NCBI GenBank assembly: GCA_900319235.1
Contig: ONNR01000002.1
Location: forward strand, 86,517-150,516
Source of the DNA: an uncultured Prevotellaceae bacterium
GTDB lineage: Bacteria; Bacteroidota; Bacteroidia; Bacteroidales; UBA3663
Length of the DNA: 64,000 nt
Direction of reading: 5' to 3'
A program made the position numbers and the translations under genes. Below are positions 52,704 through 62,174 of the stretch, in pieces. The stretch's first letter is position 1, and each line of letters begins with the position of its first letter. Under the pieces are notes generated by a model. The model did no database searches. It saw only the letters and a list, made by a program, of their open reading frames with translations, and was not told the DNA's origin.

Positions 52704-54842
52704 ATGACACACGTTAAGCACACCCTCTTCACCTTCCTTGCCCTCTTTTTTGTGGCATTCTTCTGCGCTCAGCCAACAGTCAGCGCCCAACCGCTCACCG
52801 ACGCCAGTCACAGCACGCATGCCGTCCAGTCGAACCTCCCGCTTGGAGCCACTCAGTGGACCGGCGGCTTCTGGGGCGACCGTTTCGGCGTGTTCAGCAG
52901 CACGTCGCTGCTTTCGATGTGGCAGACCTGGAACAACCCCGCCGTCTCGCATGGCTTCCGCAATTTCGAGATCGCTGCCGGCGACGAAGTCCCTGCCGAC
53001 GATCATGAGCACTGGGGCCCTCCTTTCCACGATGGCGATATGTACAAGTGGCTCGAAGGCGTGGCTGCCGTCTATGCCGTCACCCGCGATCCGGAACTCG
53101 ATAGCCTGATGGATCATTTCATCGATCGTGTAGCCCGTGCACAGCGCGAGGATGGCTACATCCATACGCCCGTCATCATCGACGAAATGAATCGGGGCGT
53201 CGATAGTCACGCGGTGAAGAAGCAGCAGACCATCATCGGCACCGCCGTAGGGAAGGAGGACGAGAAGGGAGCCTTTGCCAATCGTCTCAACTTCGAGACC
53301 TACAACCTGGGTCACCTGATGATGGCTGCCATCGTCCACAAGCGTGCCACGGGAAAGACCACGCTCTTCAATTGCGCTGTCAAGGCCACCGACTTTCTCG
53401 TCAACTTCTACGAGACGGCTTCTGCCGAACTCGCCCGTTGTGCCATCTGCCCCAGTCACTACATGGGTGTGGTTGAGATGTGGCGTGAGACGGGAAATCC
53501 GCGTTATCTCGATCTTGCCCAGCAGCTTATCCAGATTCGCAGCCTTGTAAAGAACGGCACCGACGACAATCAGGATCGTGAGCCTTTCGACCAGCAGTAC
53601 GAGGCCATGGGACATGCCGTACGTTCCACATATCTCTATGCCGGCGTGGCCGACATCATCGCCGAGACGGGCAATGAGCAGTATATGCGTAACCTCACCA
53701 GCATCTGGCAGGACCTCACTTATCGCAAGATGTACATCACCGGTGGTTGCGGAGCACTCTACGATGGCACTTCGCCCGATGGCACCAACTACACGCCCGA
53801 CTCCATCCAGAAGGTGCACCAGTCGTTCGGCCGTCCCTACCAGTTGCCCAACTCCACTGCCCACAACGAGACCTGCGCACAGATTGGCAATATGCTCTTC
53901 AACTGGCGTATGATGGAGATCACGGGCGAGGCCAAGTATGCCGACGTGGCTGAACTCTGTATGCTCAACTCCATCCTTTCGGGCATTTCGCTCGATGGTC
54001 GTCGCTATTTCTACACCAATCCGCTCCGCATTTCTGCCGACCTGCCCTACACCCTGCGCTGGCCCAAGGAACGCAAGGAATATATCTCCTGCTTCTGCTG
54101 TCCTCCCAACACCCTGCGCACAGTCAGCGAGGCGCAGAACTATGCCTTTACGGTGAACACGCCAGGGCAGGCTCCTTCGCTCACGTTGCAGTTCTATGGC
54201 GAGGCTAAGACCACAGCAAATATTCCGGGCATTGGCGAAGTACGTCTCACCGAGACCACCCAATATCCTTGGGACGGCCGTGTCTCTGTCACCATCGATG
54301 AACTCCCCAAGAAGGCCAGTGGCAAGGCGTGGACCCTTCGTTTCCGCCTTCCCGACTGGTGCGAGCGTGCCACCATCGACATCAATGGTGCACCTCTTCA
54401 AATATTGCATCGTTCGAGCACCTATGCCGAAGTCAGACGCGTCTGGAAGAAGGGCGATGTCGTCGAATGGAACATGACGATGCCTGTTCGCCTCATGGAG
54501 GCCAATCCTTTGGTCGAGGAGGTCCGCAATCAGGTGGCCATCAAGCGTGGCCCCATCGTCTATTGTCTCGAGAGCGCCGATCTGCCGCAAGGCATCCGTA
54601 TCGACGATGTGCTTATCCCCGCCGATATCCAGTTGGAACCTGTAATGATCGAGATTGATGGCCATCCCGTGATGGCGCTCGAAGGCGTTGCCGCGCTTGC
54701 CGACGAGGCTTCATGGCAGGGCCAGCTCTATCGCGAGATAGGTCGAGCAGGCCGTGAACTTCCCATTCGCCTCATCCCTTATTATGCATGGGGTAATCGT
54801 GGCAAGGGCGAAATGTCCGTCTGGCTCCCGCTTTTGCGATAG
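52704..54842 (+). CDS. GH127 (DUF1680) beta-L-arabinofuranosidase-like glycoside hydrolase
   Basis: ATG at 52704 with a signal peptide. NETCAQIGN and ISCFCCPPNTLRT match the Cys-rich GH127 catalytic and zinc motifs. Confidence 0.85.
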   Translation: MTHVKHTLFTFLALFFVAFFCAQPTVSAQPLTDASHSTHAVQSNLPLGATQWTGGFWGDRFGVFSSTSLLSMWQTWNNPAVSHGFRNFEIAAGDEVPADDHEHWGPPFHDGDMYKWLEGVAAVYAVTRDPELDSLMDHFIDRVARAQREDGYIHTPVIIDEMNRGVDSHAVKKQQTIIGTAVGKEDEKGAFANRLNFETYNLGHLMMAAIVHKRATGKTTLFNCAVKATDFLVNFYETASAELARCAICPSHYMGVVEMWRETGNPRYLDLAQQLIQIRSLVKNGTDDNQDREPFDQQYEAMGHAVRSTYLYAGVADIIAETGNEQYMRNLTSIWQDLTYRKMYITGGCGALYDGTSPDGTNYTPDSIQKVHQSFGRPYQLPNSTAHNETCAQIGNMLFNWRMMEITGEAKYADVAELCMLNSILSGISLDGRRYFYTNPLRISADLPYTLRWPKERKEYISCFCCPPNTLRTVSEAQNYAFTVNTPGQAPSLTLQFYGEAKTTANIPGIGEVRLTETTQYPWDGRVSVTIDELPKKASGKAWTLRFRLPDWCERATIDINGAPLQILHRSSTYAEVRRVWKKGDVVEWNMTMPVRLMEANPLVEEVRNQVAIKRGPIVYCLESADLPQGIRIDDVLIPADIQLEPVMIEIDGHPVMALEGVAALADEASWQGQLYREIGRAGRELPIRLIPYYAWGNRGKGEMSVWLPLLR

Positions 54843-54856
54843 CACTTCCTTAAGTC

Positions 54857-56815
54857 TTACTTCATCATTTTCAATCTCAAGCTATTCAGCACGACGCTGA
54901 CGCTCGAAGCTGCCATCAGGGCACTTGCGAGAGTGGGGGTTATCTGGAAGGGAATGCCGAAGGCGTAGGGGAGACCTGCGGCCAGGGGGATGCAGACGAT
55001 GTTGTAGATGAAGGCCCAGAAGAGGTTCTGTCGGATCATCGACACCGTGCGGCGGCTCAGTCGGATGGCTTCGGGAATGGCACGAAGGTCGTCGCCCATC
55101 AGCGTAACTTGCGCTACGTCCATCGCCACGTCGGTGCCACGTCCGATGGCGATGCTGACATCGGCAAGGGCCAGGGCCTGCGTGTCGTTGATGCCGTCGC
55201 CCACCATGGCCACTCGTTTGCCTTCGCTTTGCAGGCTACGGACGAGATTCTCCTTGTCCTGCGGCAGCACCTTGCTCTGATAATGACGTATGCCTGCCTT
55301 TTCGGCCCAATAGCGGGCAGCCTCGTCCTTGTCGCCGCTCATCATATGGACTTCCACGCCATTTTGCTGCAGTTCCTCCATAGCCTCGCGTGCATGGGGC
55401 TTCAATGTCTCACGCACTTCGAGGTCGAGATTGTCGGCCTTGGTGAAATCCACTTCCTGGTTGGGAATGGTCAGCGTGCCCGTCTTGTCGGTGACGAGCA
55501 CATTCACCTTGCGCAGATTCTCGAGGGCGGCAGCGTCCTTCACGAGGATCTGTTTCTCTGCGGCCTTGCCAATGCCCACCATCAGGGCTGTAGGTGTGGC
55601 CAATCCCATAGCGCATGGACAGGCAATGACGAGTACCGAAACTGCCGAAAGGATGGCTTGGGGCAAATGTGCATTGCCGCCCACCACATACCACACCAGG
55701 AAGGTTATTAGTGCGATGCTCGTCACCACAGGCACAAAGATGAGTGCAGCCCGATCGACGATACGCTGCACGGGCGCTTTCGAGCCTTGTGCCTCCTGGA
55801 CCATGCGGATGATATGTGCCAAAGCCGTCTCTTCTCCAATCTGTCGGGCTCGCATCGTGAACTTCCCCTGGCTGGGAATGGTGCCGGCCAGAACCTTCGA
55901 TCCTTTTCGTTTTTCGGCAGGTGTGGGTTCGCCTGTGATCATGCTTTCGTCCACATAGGCGGCATCGGTGGTCATGAAACTCTCGGCTTCGACTACTTCA
56001 CCATCCACGGGCACCTTCTCGCCCGGTCGCACTTCGAGCAGATCGCCCTTCTCGATGGTCGAAATGGGCACTTCGCGCACGATGGCAGGTTCGATGATGT
56101 TGCCGGCTGCATCGCGCTTGGCCTTCTTCTCAACGATATGTGCGGTCTTGGGTGCCATGCCCATCAGTTGGCGGATGGAACTTGCCGTGCCATCTTTCGC
56201 CTTCTCTTCGAGCAGTCTTCCGGTGAGCACAAAGGTGAGAATCATCACCGAAGCGTCGAAGTAGGTATGCCATTCGATGCCTCGGCTGCCCCAGACGGCT
56301 TCGCCGAAAAATGTGTTGAATGCGCTGAAAAGGAAGGCGATGCCCGTCGAGAGGGCTACAAGTGTGTCCATGCCCGCAGCACCATGGCGAATCTGTTTCC
56401 ACGCATTGCGGTAGAAGGTCCTTCCGCAGATTACCATGCAAAGCAGCGCCAGCACAAGCGCAACGATATTGTTCGAAAGGAGGGACCCCGTGTCAATCCA
56501 TCGCATCGAGAAGCACATCACCAGCACGGTCAGCACCCAAGCCAAAAGCGTCTTGCGAAGCAGCGCCTTGCGCTCTCGTTGTTCAATCTCTGCCACGTTG
56601 CGGTCCTCTTCGATGACGAGGTCGTAGCCGATGTCGTTCACCTCGCGCTTCATCTCTTCGAGCGAGATCACTTCGGGGTCGAACTCCACCAGCGCCGTGC
56701 GTCCGGCCAATGACACGGAGCAGCTCTCGATGCCTTTCAGACCCGAGAGATGCTGCTCGACGCGTGCCGAACATGCCGAACATGCCAGTCCGATGACTGG
56801 AATCGTCTTCTTCAT
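54857..56815 (-). CDS. copA: Copper-translocating P1B-type ATPase
   Basis: N-terminal HMA domain (GLACSACSARV), CPC in the TM helix (IACPCAMGLATP), DKTGTLT, and GDGINDTQALA. Confidence 0.95.
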   Translation of the reverse strand: MKKTIPVIGLACSACSARVEQHLSGLKGIESCSVSLAGRTALVEFDPEVISLEEMKREVNDIGYDLVIEEDRNVAEIEQRERKALLRKTLLAWVLTVLVMCFSMRWIDTGSLLSNNIVALVLALLCMVICGRTFYRNAWKQIRHGAAGMDTLVALSTGIAFLFSAFNTFFGEAVWGSRGIEWHTYFDASVMILTFVLTGRLLEEKAKDGTASSIRQLMGMAPKTAHIVEKKAKRDAAGNIIEPAIVREVPISTIEKGDLLEVRPGEKVPVDGEVVEAESFMTTDAAYVDESMITGEPTPAEKRKGSKVLAGTIPSQGKFTMRARQIGEETALAHIIRMVQEAQGSKAPVQRIVDRAALIFVPVVTSIALITFLVWYVVGGNAHLPQAILSAVSVLVIACPCAMGLATPTALMVGIGKAAEKQILVKDAAALENLRKVNVLVTDKTGTLTIPNQEVDFTKADNLDLEVRETLKPHAREAMEELQQNGVEVHMMSGDKDEAARYWAEKAGIRHYQSKVLPQDKENLVRSLQSEGKRVAMVGDGINDTQALALADVSIAIGRGTDVAMDVAQVTLMGDDLRAIPEAIRLSRRTVSMIRQNLFWAFIYNIVCIPLAAGLPYAFGIPFQITPTLASALMAASSVSVVLNSLRLKMMK

Positions 56816-56816
56816 A

Positions 56817-57029
56817 TTATAAGATCATCTCGAACCTTCCGAGATCATCCACGGCATCCTTCATCTGTTCGGGGCTGACCTTGGCTTCGTCAAATTCGAC
56901 AGCCACATTGCATGCCTCGTGGTCAGCCTTGGCAGCCTCCACACCAGCAAGCGCCTTGAGCGCATCTTCCACCTTGGCTTCACATTTCGTGCACTTCATT
57001 CCTTCTACGGTAAATACTTGCTTTGTCAT
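56817..57029 (-). CDS. copZ: Heavy-metal-associated (CopZ-like) metallochaperone
   Basis: 70 aa with VEGMKCTKCEAKV (MxCxxC), 1 nt upstream of copA. Confidence 0.85.
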   Translation of the reverse strand: MTKQVFTVEGMKCTKCEAKVEDALKALAGVEAAKADHEACNVAVEFDEAKVSPEQMKDAVDDLGRFEMIL

Positions 57030-57076
57030 AACATTATTTATTTTAGTATTTCTATTTTGTCCTCTTAAAAGTGCCG

Positions 57077-57084
57077 CAAAGATA
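57077..57084 (-). promoter_or_regulatory. -7 promoter box (TATCTTTG)
   Basis: 47 nt upstream of the copZ ATG. Confidence 0.5.
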
Positions 57085-57215
57085 GCGATTTTTCAGCGAA
57101 TTTCGCCCCAACTTGCCGAAAAAACACCTTTTTCGACAAAAATCGTCATTTTTTTCTCCTCTCGATGTCACATTTTCCTCCTTTCTTACGTTATATAGGC
57201 GAAAACGGCTGTTTC

Positions 57216-57233
57216 CCGATTGCCGGCAATCGG
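57216..57233. promoter_or_regulatory. Perfect 18-bp palindrome CCGATTGCCGGCAATCGG
   Basis: Perfect dyad 40 nt upstream of the ATG at 57274, in the divergent copZ / sigma-operon control region. Confidence 0.4.
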
Positions 57234-57273
57234 ACAAAGAAAGTAATTTATTCATCATTTAATAAAAATTATT

Positions 57274-57717
57274 ATGGAAGGTGTTTTAGTTCCTATTCTG
57301 GTTCCACTTATCACATTCTCTTTTCCAGTGCTTCTCTGTTGGGTGTATTATCGTAATGAGATGCACACGACCTCACAACGCACCGAAATAGTGAAGGCGG
57401 TCATCGAGAAGAATCCCAACCTCGACGTCGAGGCATTGCTGCAGAAGATGAACCCCAAGCAGAAGCTGCTCAAGGAGAAACTGCTCTCGCGTCTCCTCTG
57501 GGGCTGCATCACGGGCTTCATCGGCCTGGGATTGCTGATAGGCTCCGTCTTTGCCTGCTATGCAGGAGGATGGGAAGGCGACGAGATCAATTTCATGTGG
57601 ATCACCGGTGCCATCTCGCTGGCCATCGGCATCGCCTTTATGATTACCTATTATGTGGGCCGAAAGATGCTTGCCAAGGAGATGGAGGCCGAAACCCGTA
57701 ACATGGAGCAGAAGTGA
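57274..57717 (+). CDS. Small integral membrane protein, first gene of the ECF sigma operon
   Basis: 147 aa with 3-4 TM helices. Its stop overlaps the GTG start of the sigma gene (GTGA). Confidence 0.7.
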   Translation: MEGVLVPILVPLITFSFPVLLCWVYYRNEMHTTSQRTEIVKAVIEKNPNLDVEALLQKMNPKQKLLKEKLLSRLLWGCITGFIGLGLLIGSVFACYAGGWEGDEINFMWITGAISLAIGIAFMITYYVGRKMLAKEMEAETRNMEQK

Positions 57718-58190
57718 ATTGCGAGCAGTTCATAGCACTTGTCTCGACCGAACAGGAATCGTTGCGACGGTTCCTGTTGGCCCTCTGCGTCGGTAATCGC
57801 GACGATGCGGACGATATCGCGCAGGAGGCCCTCATCAAGGCCTACCTGGCACGGGACAAGATTCGCAATGACGAGAAGTTGGGTGCGTGGCTCTACCGCA
57901 TTGCCTACAACACCTTCCTCGACCACCAGCGCAGCCTGCGCTCCCATGCGTCCATCGAAGAGGCCGATGCGCTCTTGTCCGAAACTGCCACCGATGCCGG
58001 CTTCGAATACCAGGAACTCTACACTGCGCTGCGAACCCTTCCACCCAAGGAGCGAACAGCCATCCTGCTGTTTTACCTCAAGGGATATAATGTGCATGAG
58101 ATTGCCGACATCGTGCACAGCACCGAGGCTGCCGTGCGCCAGCAGCTCTCTCGCGGACGTGAACAACTAAAAAACAAAATGAAGCAATGA
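57714..58190 (+). CDS. ECF-type RNA polymerase sigma-70 factor
   Basis: Region 2 (DADDIAQEALIKAY, WLYRIAYNTFLDHQR) and region 4 (LPPKERTAILLFYLKGYNVHEIADIV). Confidence 0.9.
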   Translation: MNCEQFIALVSTEQESLRRFLLALCVGNRDDADDIAQEALIKAYLARDKIRNDEKLGAWLYRIAYNTFLDHQRSLRSHASIEEADALLSETATDAGFEYQELYTALRTLPPKERTAILLFYLKGYNVHEIADIVHSTEAAVRQQLSRGREQLKNKMKQ

Positions 58191-58633
58191 ACCAGGAACC
58201 CAATCTCGAGGAGTTGTTCTCCAACTATCATCCCACGCTCTCCGACAGCGATGCCTTTATGCAGACTCTGTCGCGTCGTCTCGATGCCGTGCAGTATGTC
58301 GAGCGCTATCAGGCTGCCCAGGCAGCTCGCTATCGTCGCTACATCGTCATTGCCCTCCTGGCGGGCCTGGTGCTTGGTGGTGTGTCGCTTGCCGTCATCC
58401 TTTTCCTGGCTCCTTCGGCGCAGTTCTTCACGTTCCGCGTCCAGTCCGATGTTCTCCTGCTCGTCCAGGAGAACAGTCGTCTCATCGCTGTGCTCATCCT
58501 ATCTCTGCTGGTCAGCGCAGCCCTCTTCTTCATCTTCCGTTCCATATCTGAGATCGGTTATTTTCGCGAACGCGAACAACGTCTGTCTGCCAATGCAACA
58601 GCAGCCCGGCTTCGTGCGAAACCGGACTGCTGA
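58187..58633 (+). CDS. Putative anti-sigma factor (membrane protein)
   Basis: Its ATG overlaps the sigma stop (ATGA). Cytoplasmic N-terminus followed by 2-3 TM helices. No recognisable sensor domain. Confidence 0.6.
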   Translation: MNQEPNLEELFSNYHPTLSDSDAFMQTLSRRLDAVQYVERYQAAQAARYRRYIVIALLAGLVLGGVSLAVILFLAPSAQFFTFRVQSDVLLLVQENSRLIAVLILSLLVSAALFFIFRSISEIGYFREREQRLSANATAARLRAKPDC

Positions 58634-58654
58634 AATGTCGATGACAAGTTTTGG

Positions 58655-60565
58655 TTAGCGAACCATAAACTTCCTGCCATCCTTGATGTAGAATCCCCGA
58701 GTGAGCGGCTTGTCGGAAGCGACTTGCCGCCCGCTTAGTGTATAGATGATACCATCGGCGGGATAATCGGTCTTGACGCAGTCGATGCCTGCAGTTTCGG
58801 TGATGATTTGCGTAGGCTCGGTCTTCCCTTCCACGTAATAGCCATGGTTCACAAAGGCTACGCCGTCGTAGATTTTGTTGTTGCCCCCGTTCTTCGAGAT
58901 GATGAGATACTGTGGGGCTTCGTTGACCTTGGTGATTACATATTTATATATGTAGCTGCCCGTTTCGGTTTGTCCCATCAGCGACATTCCGTCACCGGGC
59001 CACGACGTGTTGGAGCAATAGGCTTCTCCACCACCCAGATTGCCCCATACCCAAACGCTGTAGGCATCGGCCGAAGTGGTTTCGAAGAAGATGCTGATCT
59101 CGTCGCTGCTGTCCAACTTGGGCGTATAGGCTTCGAAGGGTGGCAGTTCCTCCTCGGGGAATGTTCCGCGCACATACACCCGATAACCCTTGGCATCGAG
59201 GTTGAAGGTCTGTGTTGTGGAAAGGTTCACCTGCTTGCGGCTCGTGCCTTGGGCAATGGTCTCGCTGTTGAGCCAAAGGCTCCATGCTCCTGCGTTGAGG
59301 CCGGTAAGGGTGGCCTGTCCTTCGGTTGTTGCCAGGTTGAGGATGACGAGCACTTCGCTGTCGTTCATCTTTTTGGTATAGGCCAGGACGCTTGTGTTGT
59401 TGGTCACGGTCACCCAGTTGACTTCCACCCTGTCGCTCAGCGCTTCGGCCGAATGCTTCAATGCAGTCAAGGTGCGTAGGGTGTTCAGCATCTTGTTGTC
59501 GGGGCTTCCCCAATTGATCTTCGTGTCGCTGAAGTAGTTGAGTATCTGATTGCCACCGGTCTCCTGTCCGTTGTAGATGAGGGGCATACCATAGATGGTA
59601 AACGTCAGCACCGTGAGCGGATAGCGGTTCTGTCCGTATTGCTGCGTGAGCGTCTTGCCGCCATCGTTGAAGTTCTGGTCGTGATTGGTGAGATAGACCA
59701 TTCGTTCGAACGACTGGGAAGCCGATTTGTCAATCAGCGTGTTCGAAAAAGCCTTCAACCTGGATGCTGCATAACCCGAAGGACCGAAGTTGGCCAGGTC
59801 GCTCTGGAACTTCCAGGCATAGTCGTAGTCGAAGCCTACGTCCTTGAGGCGTGTTGCATCCTGCACGATGTCTGCTTCACCGAGGAAGGTGATGTTCTTG
59901 CCTTCCTTGTACGACTTGATGAGGAGGATGGCCGTCTGCCAGTAGGAGGTAGGGATGCGCGGACTGCTGATGTAGTCGCAACGGTAACCGTCGATGTCGG
60001 CCTCGTCGATCCAGAATTTCAGGCAGTCGTTCATGGCGTCCACCAGTCCGGCGTTGTTGTAGTCGAGCTGCCACACGTCGCTGTAGTTGTTCGGATGGAT
60101 CATCTGTCCGCCGCTCTTGGCATAGTATTCGGGATGCGAGGTCACCCAGTCGGCATTTGTTGCCGTGTGGTTGGGCACCCAGTCGAGCCAGACTTCCATC
60201 TGCAGTTCATGGGCTCGCTGGACGAAAGCCTTGAGGTCGCTGACGCTGCCGTATTTCGGATTCACCTGCTGGAAGTTGGTGGCAGCATAAGGGCTGCCCG
60301 AGGTGCCACGCGGATAGATGGGCATCAGCCAGACGATGTCTATGCCGGTCTGCTTCAGTTCGGCCAGGCGTTCCTGTGCGGCATTCAGTGTGCCGGCAGC
60401 AGTGAACGAGCCTACGTTCATCTCGTAGATGACGCGCCTGCCCTCGGCATTCTTTGTCGAAGCATTGTTGATGTCGTCCACATAGTCGGCAGCCTGCATC
60501 CTGCCCGCCGAAAGCACCAGCATCAGCAAGGCTGCAAGGAACGAAAAGTGTCTGAATGGTTTCAT
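58655..60565 (-). CDS. GH13 alpha-amylase with a starch-binding module and a T9SS C-terminal sorting domain
   Basis: GH13 regions DWVPNHT, GYRCDY, FLGEAD and YLTNHDQ. CBM25/26-like WVWGN...WPG. C-terminal IIYTLSGRQV...GFYIKDGRKFMVR. Confidence 0.9.
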   Translation of the reverse strand: MKPFRHFSFLAALLMLVLSAGRMQAADYVDDINNASTKNAEGRRVIYEMNVGSFTAAGTLNAAQERLAELKQTGIDIVWLMPIYPRGTSGSPYAATNFQQVNPKYGSVSDLKAFVQRAHELQMEVWLDWVPNHTATNADWVTSHPEYYAKSGGQMIHPNNYSDVWQLDYNNAGLVDAMNDCLKFWIDEADIDGYRCDYISSPRIPTSYWQTAILLIKSYKEGKNITFLGEADIVQDATRLKDVGFDYDYAWKFQSDLANFGPSGYAASRLKAFSNTLIDKSASQSFERMVYLTNHDQNFNDGGKTLTQQYGQNRYPLTVLTFTIYGMPLIYNGQETGGNQILNYFSDTKINWGSPDNKMLNTLRTLTALKHSAEALSDRVEVNWVTVTNNTSVLAYTKKMNDSEVLVILNLATTEGQATLTGLNAGAWSLWLNSETIAQGTSRKQVNLSTTQTFNLDAKGYRVYVRGTFPEEELPPFEAYTPKLDSSDEISIFFETTSADAYSVWVWGNLGGGEAYCSNTSWPGDGMSLMGQTETGSYIYKYVITKVNEAPQYLIISKNGGNNKIYDGVAFVNHGYYVEGKTEPTQIITETAGIDCVKTDYPADGIIYTLSGRQVASDKPLTRGFYIKDGRKFMVR

Positions 60566-60586
60566 AGTCGTTACCTATTAATTTTA

Positions 60587-60768
60587 CTCAACTTTCGCAA
60601 ATGCGAAAATTGATGATTCTAAGGGATTCTAGGGATTCTAAGGGATTTTAAGGGACGTATGTTTCTTGGGGCCCAATCTCTACAGGCGATGGTAAAGTCC
60701 CTTAATATCCCCAATTTCCCTTAATATCCCTTATTATCTATCAAGTTGAGCAAATGCGAAACTTGAGT
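60587..60768. repeat. GGG-word inverted element, copy C (reverse orientation relative to copy B)
   Basis: G-arm at 60618-60656 (four GGG tracts with 6-7-nt spacers) and C-arm at 60697-60738. It is flanked by two GCAAATGCGAAA boxes. The reverse complement of 60618-60686 matches 37441-37509 at 58/69 positions by my ungapped hand alignment. Confidence 0.9.
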
Positions 60769-60773
60769 TAGTT

Positions 60774-62159
60774 TTACTTTTTCCTGTAGATGGCGTAGCC
60801 CTTGGCTTCCAGTTCGATGGGTGTCGTTCCCGAGAGGAAGGTCTGCGTAAGTGCAGGGCCTTCGGCGATTGTCCGGCTGTTGAGGCAGACGTCATAGTTC
60901 CCCTTCTCCAGGCTCGAAAGAGTGGCCTGCTGGTCGGTTTCGCCAAAGTTCAGCACCACCACGATGTTGCCGCGCTGGTAGGCCATCATCGATGGGTTCC
61001 CGGTTGTCAGGAACTCCACGGGCGAAGCTGCCGAGAGTGCAGTCTCCGTATGATGCAGGGCAATGAGCGAACGCACGGTGTTCAGCATCTTGGGGTCCAC
61101 CTGGTCCCACTTTACCTTGGCATCGGTGAAGTAGTTCAAGGTATCGGGGTCGCCGATTTCCTGTCCCTGATAGATCAGAGGCATACCGTAGAGCGTGAAC
61201 TGAAGTACGGAGAGTGCATATCGGTTGTCGCCGTAGAAGTCACGCAGCGTGTGACCACCGTCGTTGTAGTTCTGGTCGTGGTTGGTCAGATAGACCATAC
61301 GCCTGTTCTTGATGGCTTTCGAGGCATCGAGGAACTGCTGGCAGATGGCTTGCAGCGAATCGGCCTGTGTGCCTTTTGCGCCAAACTTATATGCCAGGCG
61401 TCCTTGGAAGCCCCAGGCATAGTCGTAGTCGAAACCACAGGAATCGATGCGTCGGCTATTGGGGTCGCTGATGTCTGTTTCGCTCAGGAATTCGATGGTC
61501 TTGCCCTGGCTCTTCAGTTCGGCAATGATGTCCTGCCAATAGCGAACAGGGATGGTGGGGCTCGTCACGTAGTCGCAACGATAGCCATCGACGTCGCACG
61601 AATCAATCCAAAACTTCAGCGTGCTGTTCATCTCGTTCACCAGACCCTTGTCCTGGTAGTTCAGCTGGAAGACGTCGTTCCATCCGTGTGGATTGATCAT
61701 CTTTCCCTTGGCGTCCTTCGTGAAGTACTCGGGATGTGTCTTGACCCAGGGATTCTCCACGGCAACGTGGTTGGGCACCCAGTCGAGCCACACTTTCATA
61801 CCGTGCTCATGGGCTGCTGCCACAAATGCCTTGAGGTCATCGATGGTTCCGTAGGCGGGATTGACCTCACGGAAGTTCATCGAGGCGTAGGGACTCATCT
61901 TGGTGGCACCACGTGGATAGGTGGGCATCAGCCAGAGGATGTCAGCACCCAGTGTCTCGAGTCGTCCCAGCTGCTCCTGGGCAGCCTTGAAGGTTCCCTC
62001 GGGAGTGAAGGCTCCGATGTTCATCTGGTAGATGATGCGGTTCTCGGTCGAAACGGGCTTGGTGTTATCTACCGTAAACTGGACTTCCCTGCTCGGGTTG
62101 CAGGCTGCCAGAAGCAGCACTGCAACGAGCATCAGGGATGAAAGGATATTCTTGCGCAT
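60774..62159 (-). CDS. GH13 alpha-amylase lipoprotein (SusG/SusA-like paralogue)
   Basis: Lipobox LLAAC. GH13 regions DWVPNHV, GYRCDY, FLSETD and YLTNHDQ. It is clearly paralogous to 58655-60565. Confidence 0.9.
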   Translation of the reverse strand: MRKNILSSLMLVAVLLLAACNPSREVQFTVDNTKPVSTENRIIYQMNIGAFTPEGTFKAAQEQLGRLETLGADILWLMPTYPRGATKMSPYASMNFREVNPAYGTIDDLKAFVAAAHEHGMKVWLDWVPNHVAVENPWVKTHPEYFTKDAKGKMINPHGWNDVFQLNYQDKGLVNEMNSTLKFWIDSCDVDGYRCDYVTSPTIPVRYWQDIIAELKSQGKTIEFLSETDISDPNSRRIDSCGFDYDYAWGFQGRLAYKFGAKGTQADSLQAICQQFLDASKAIKNRRMVYLTNHDQNYNDGGHTLRDFYGDNRYALSVLQFTLYGMPLIYQGQEIGDPDTLNYFTDAKVKWDQVDPKMLNTVRSLIALHHTETALSAASPVEFLTTGNPSMMAYQRGNIVVVLNFGETDQQATLSSLEKGNYDVCLNSRTIAEGPALTQTFLSGTTPIELEAKGYAIYRKK

Positions 62160-62174
62160 AGCGTTCGAAGGTTA

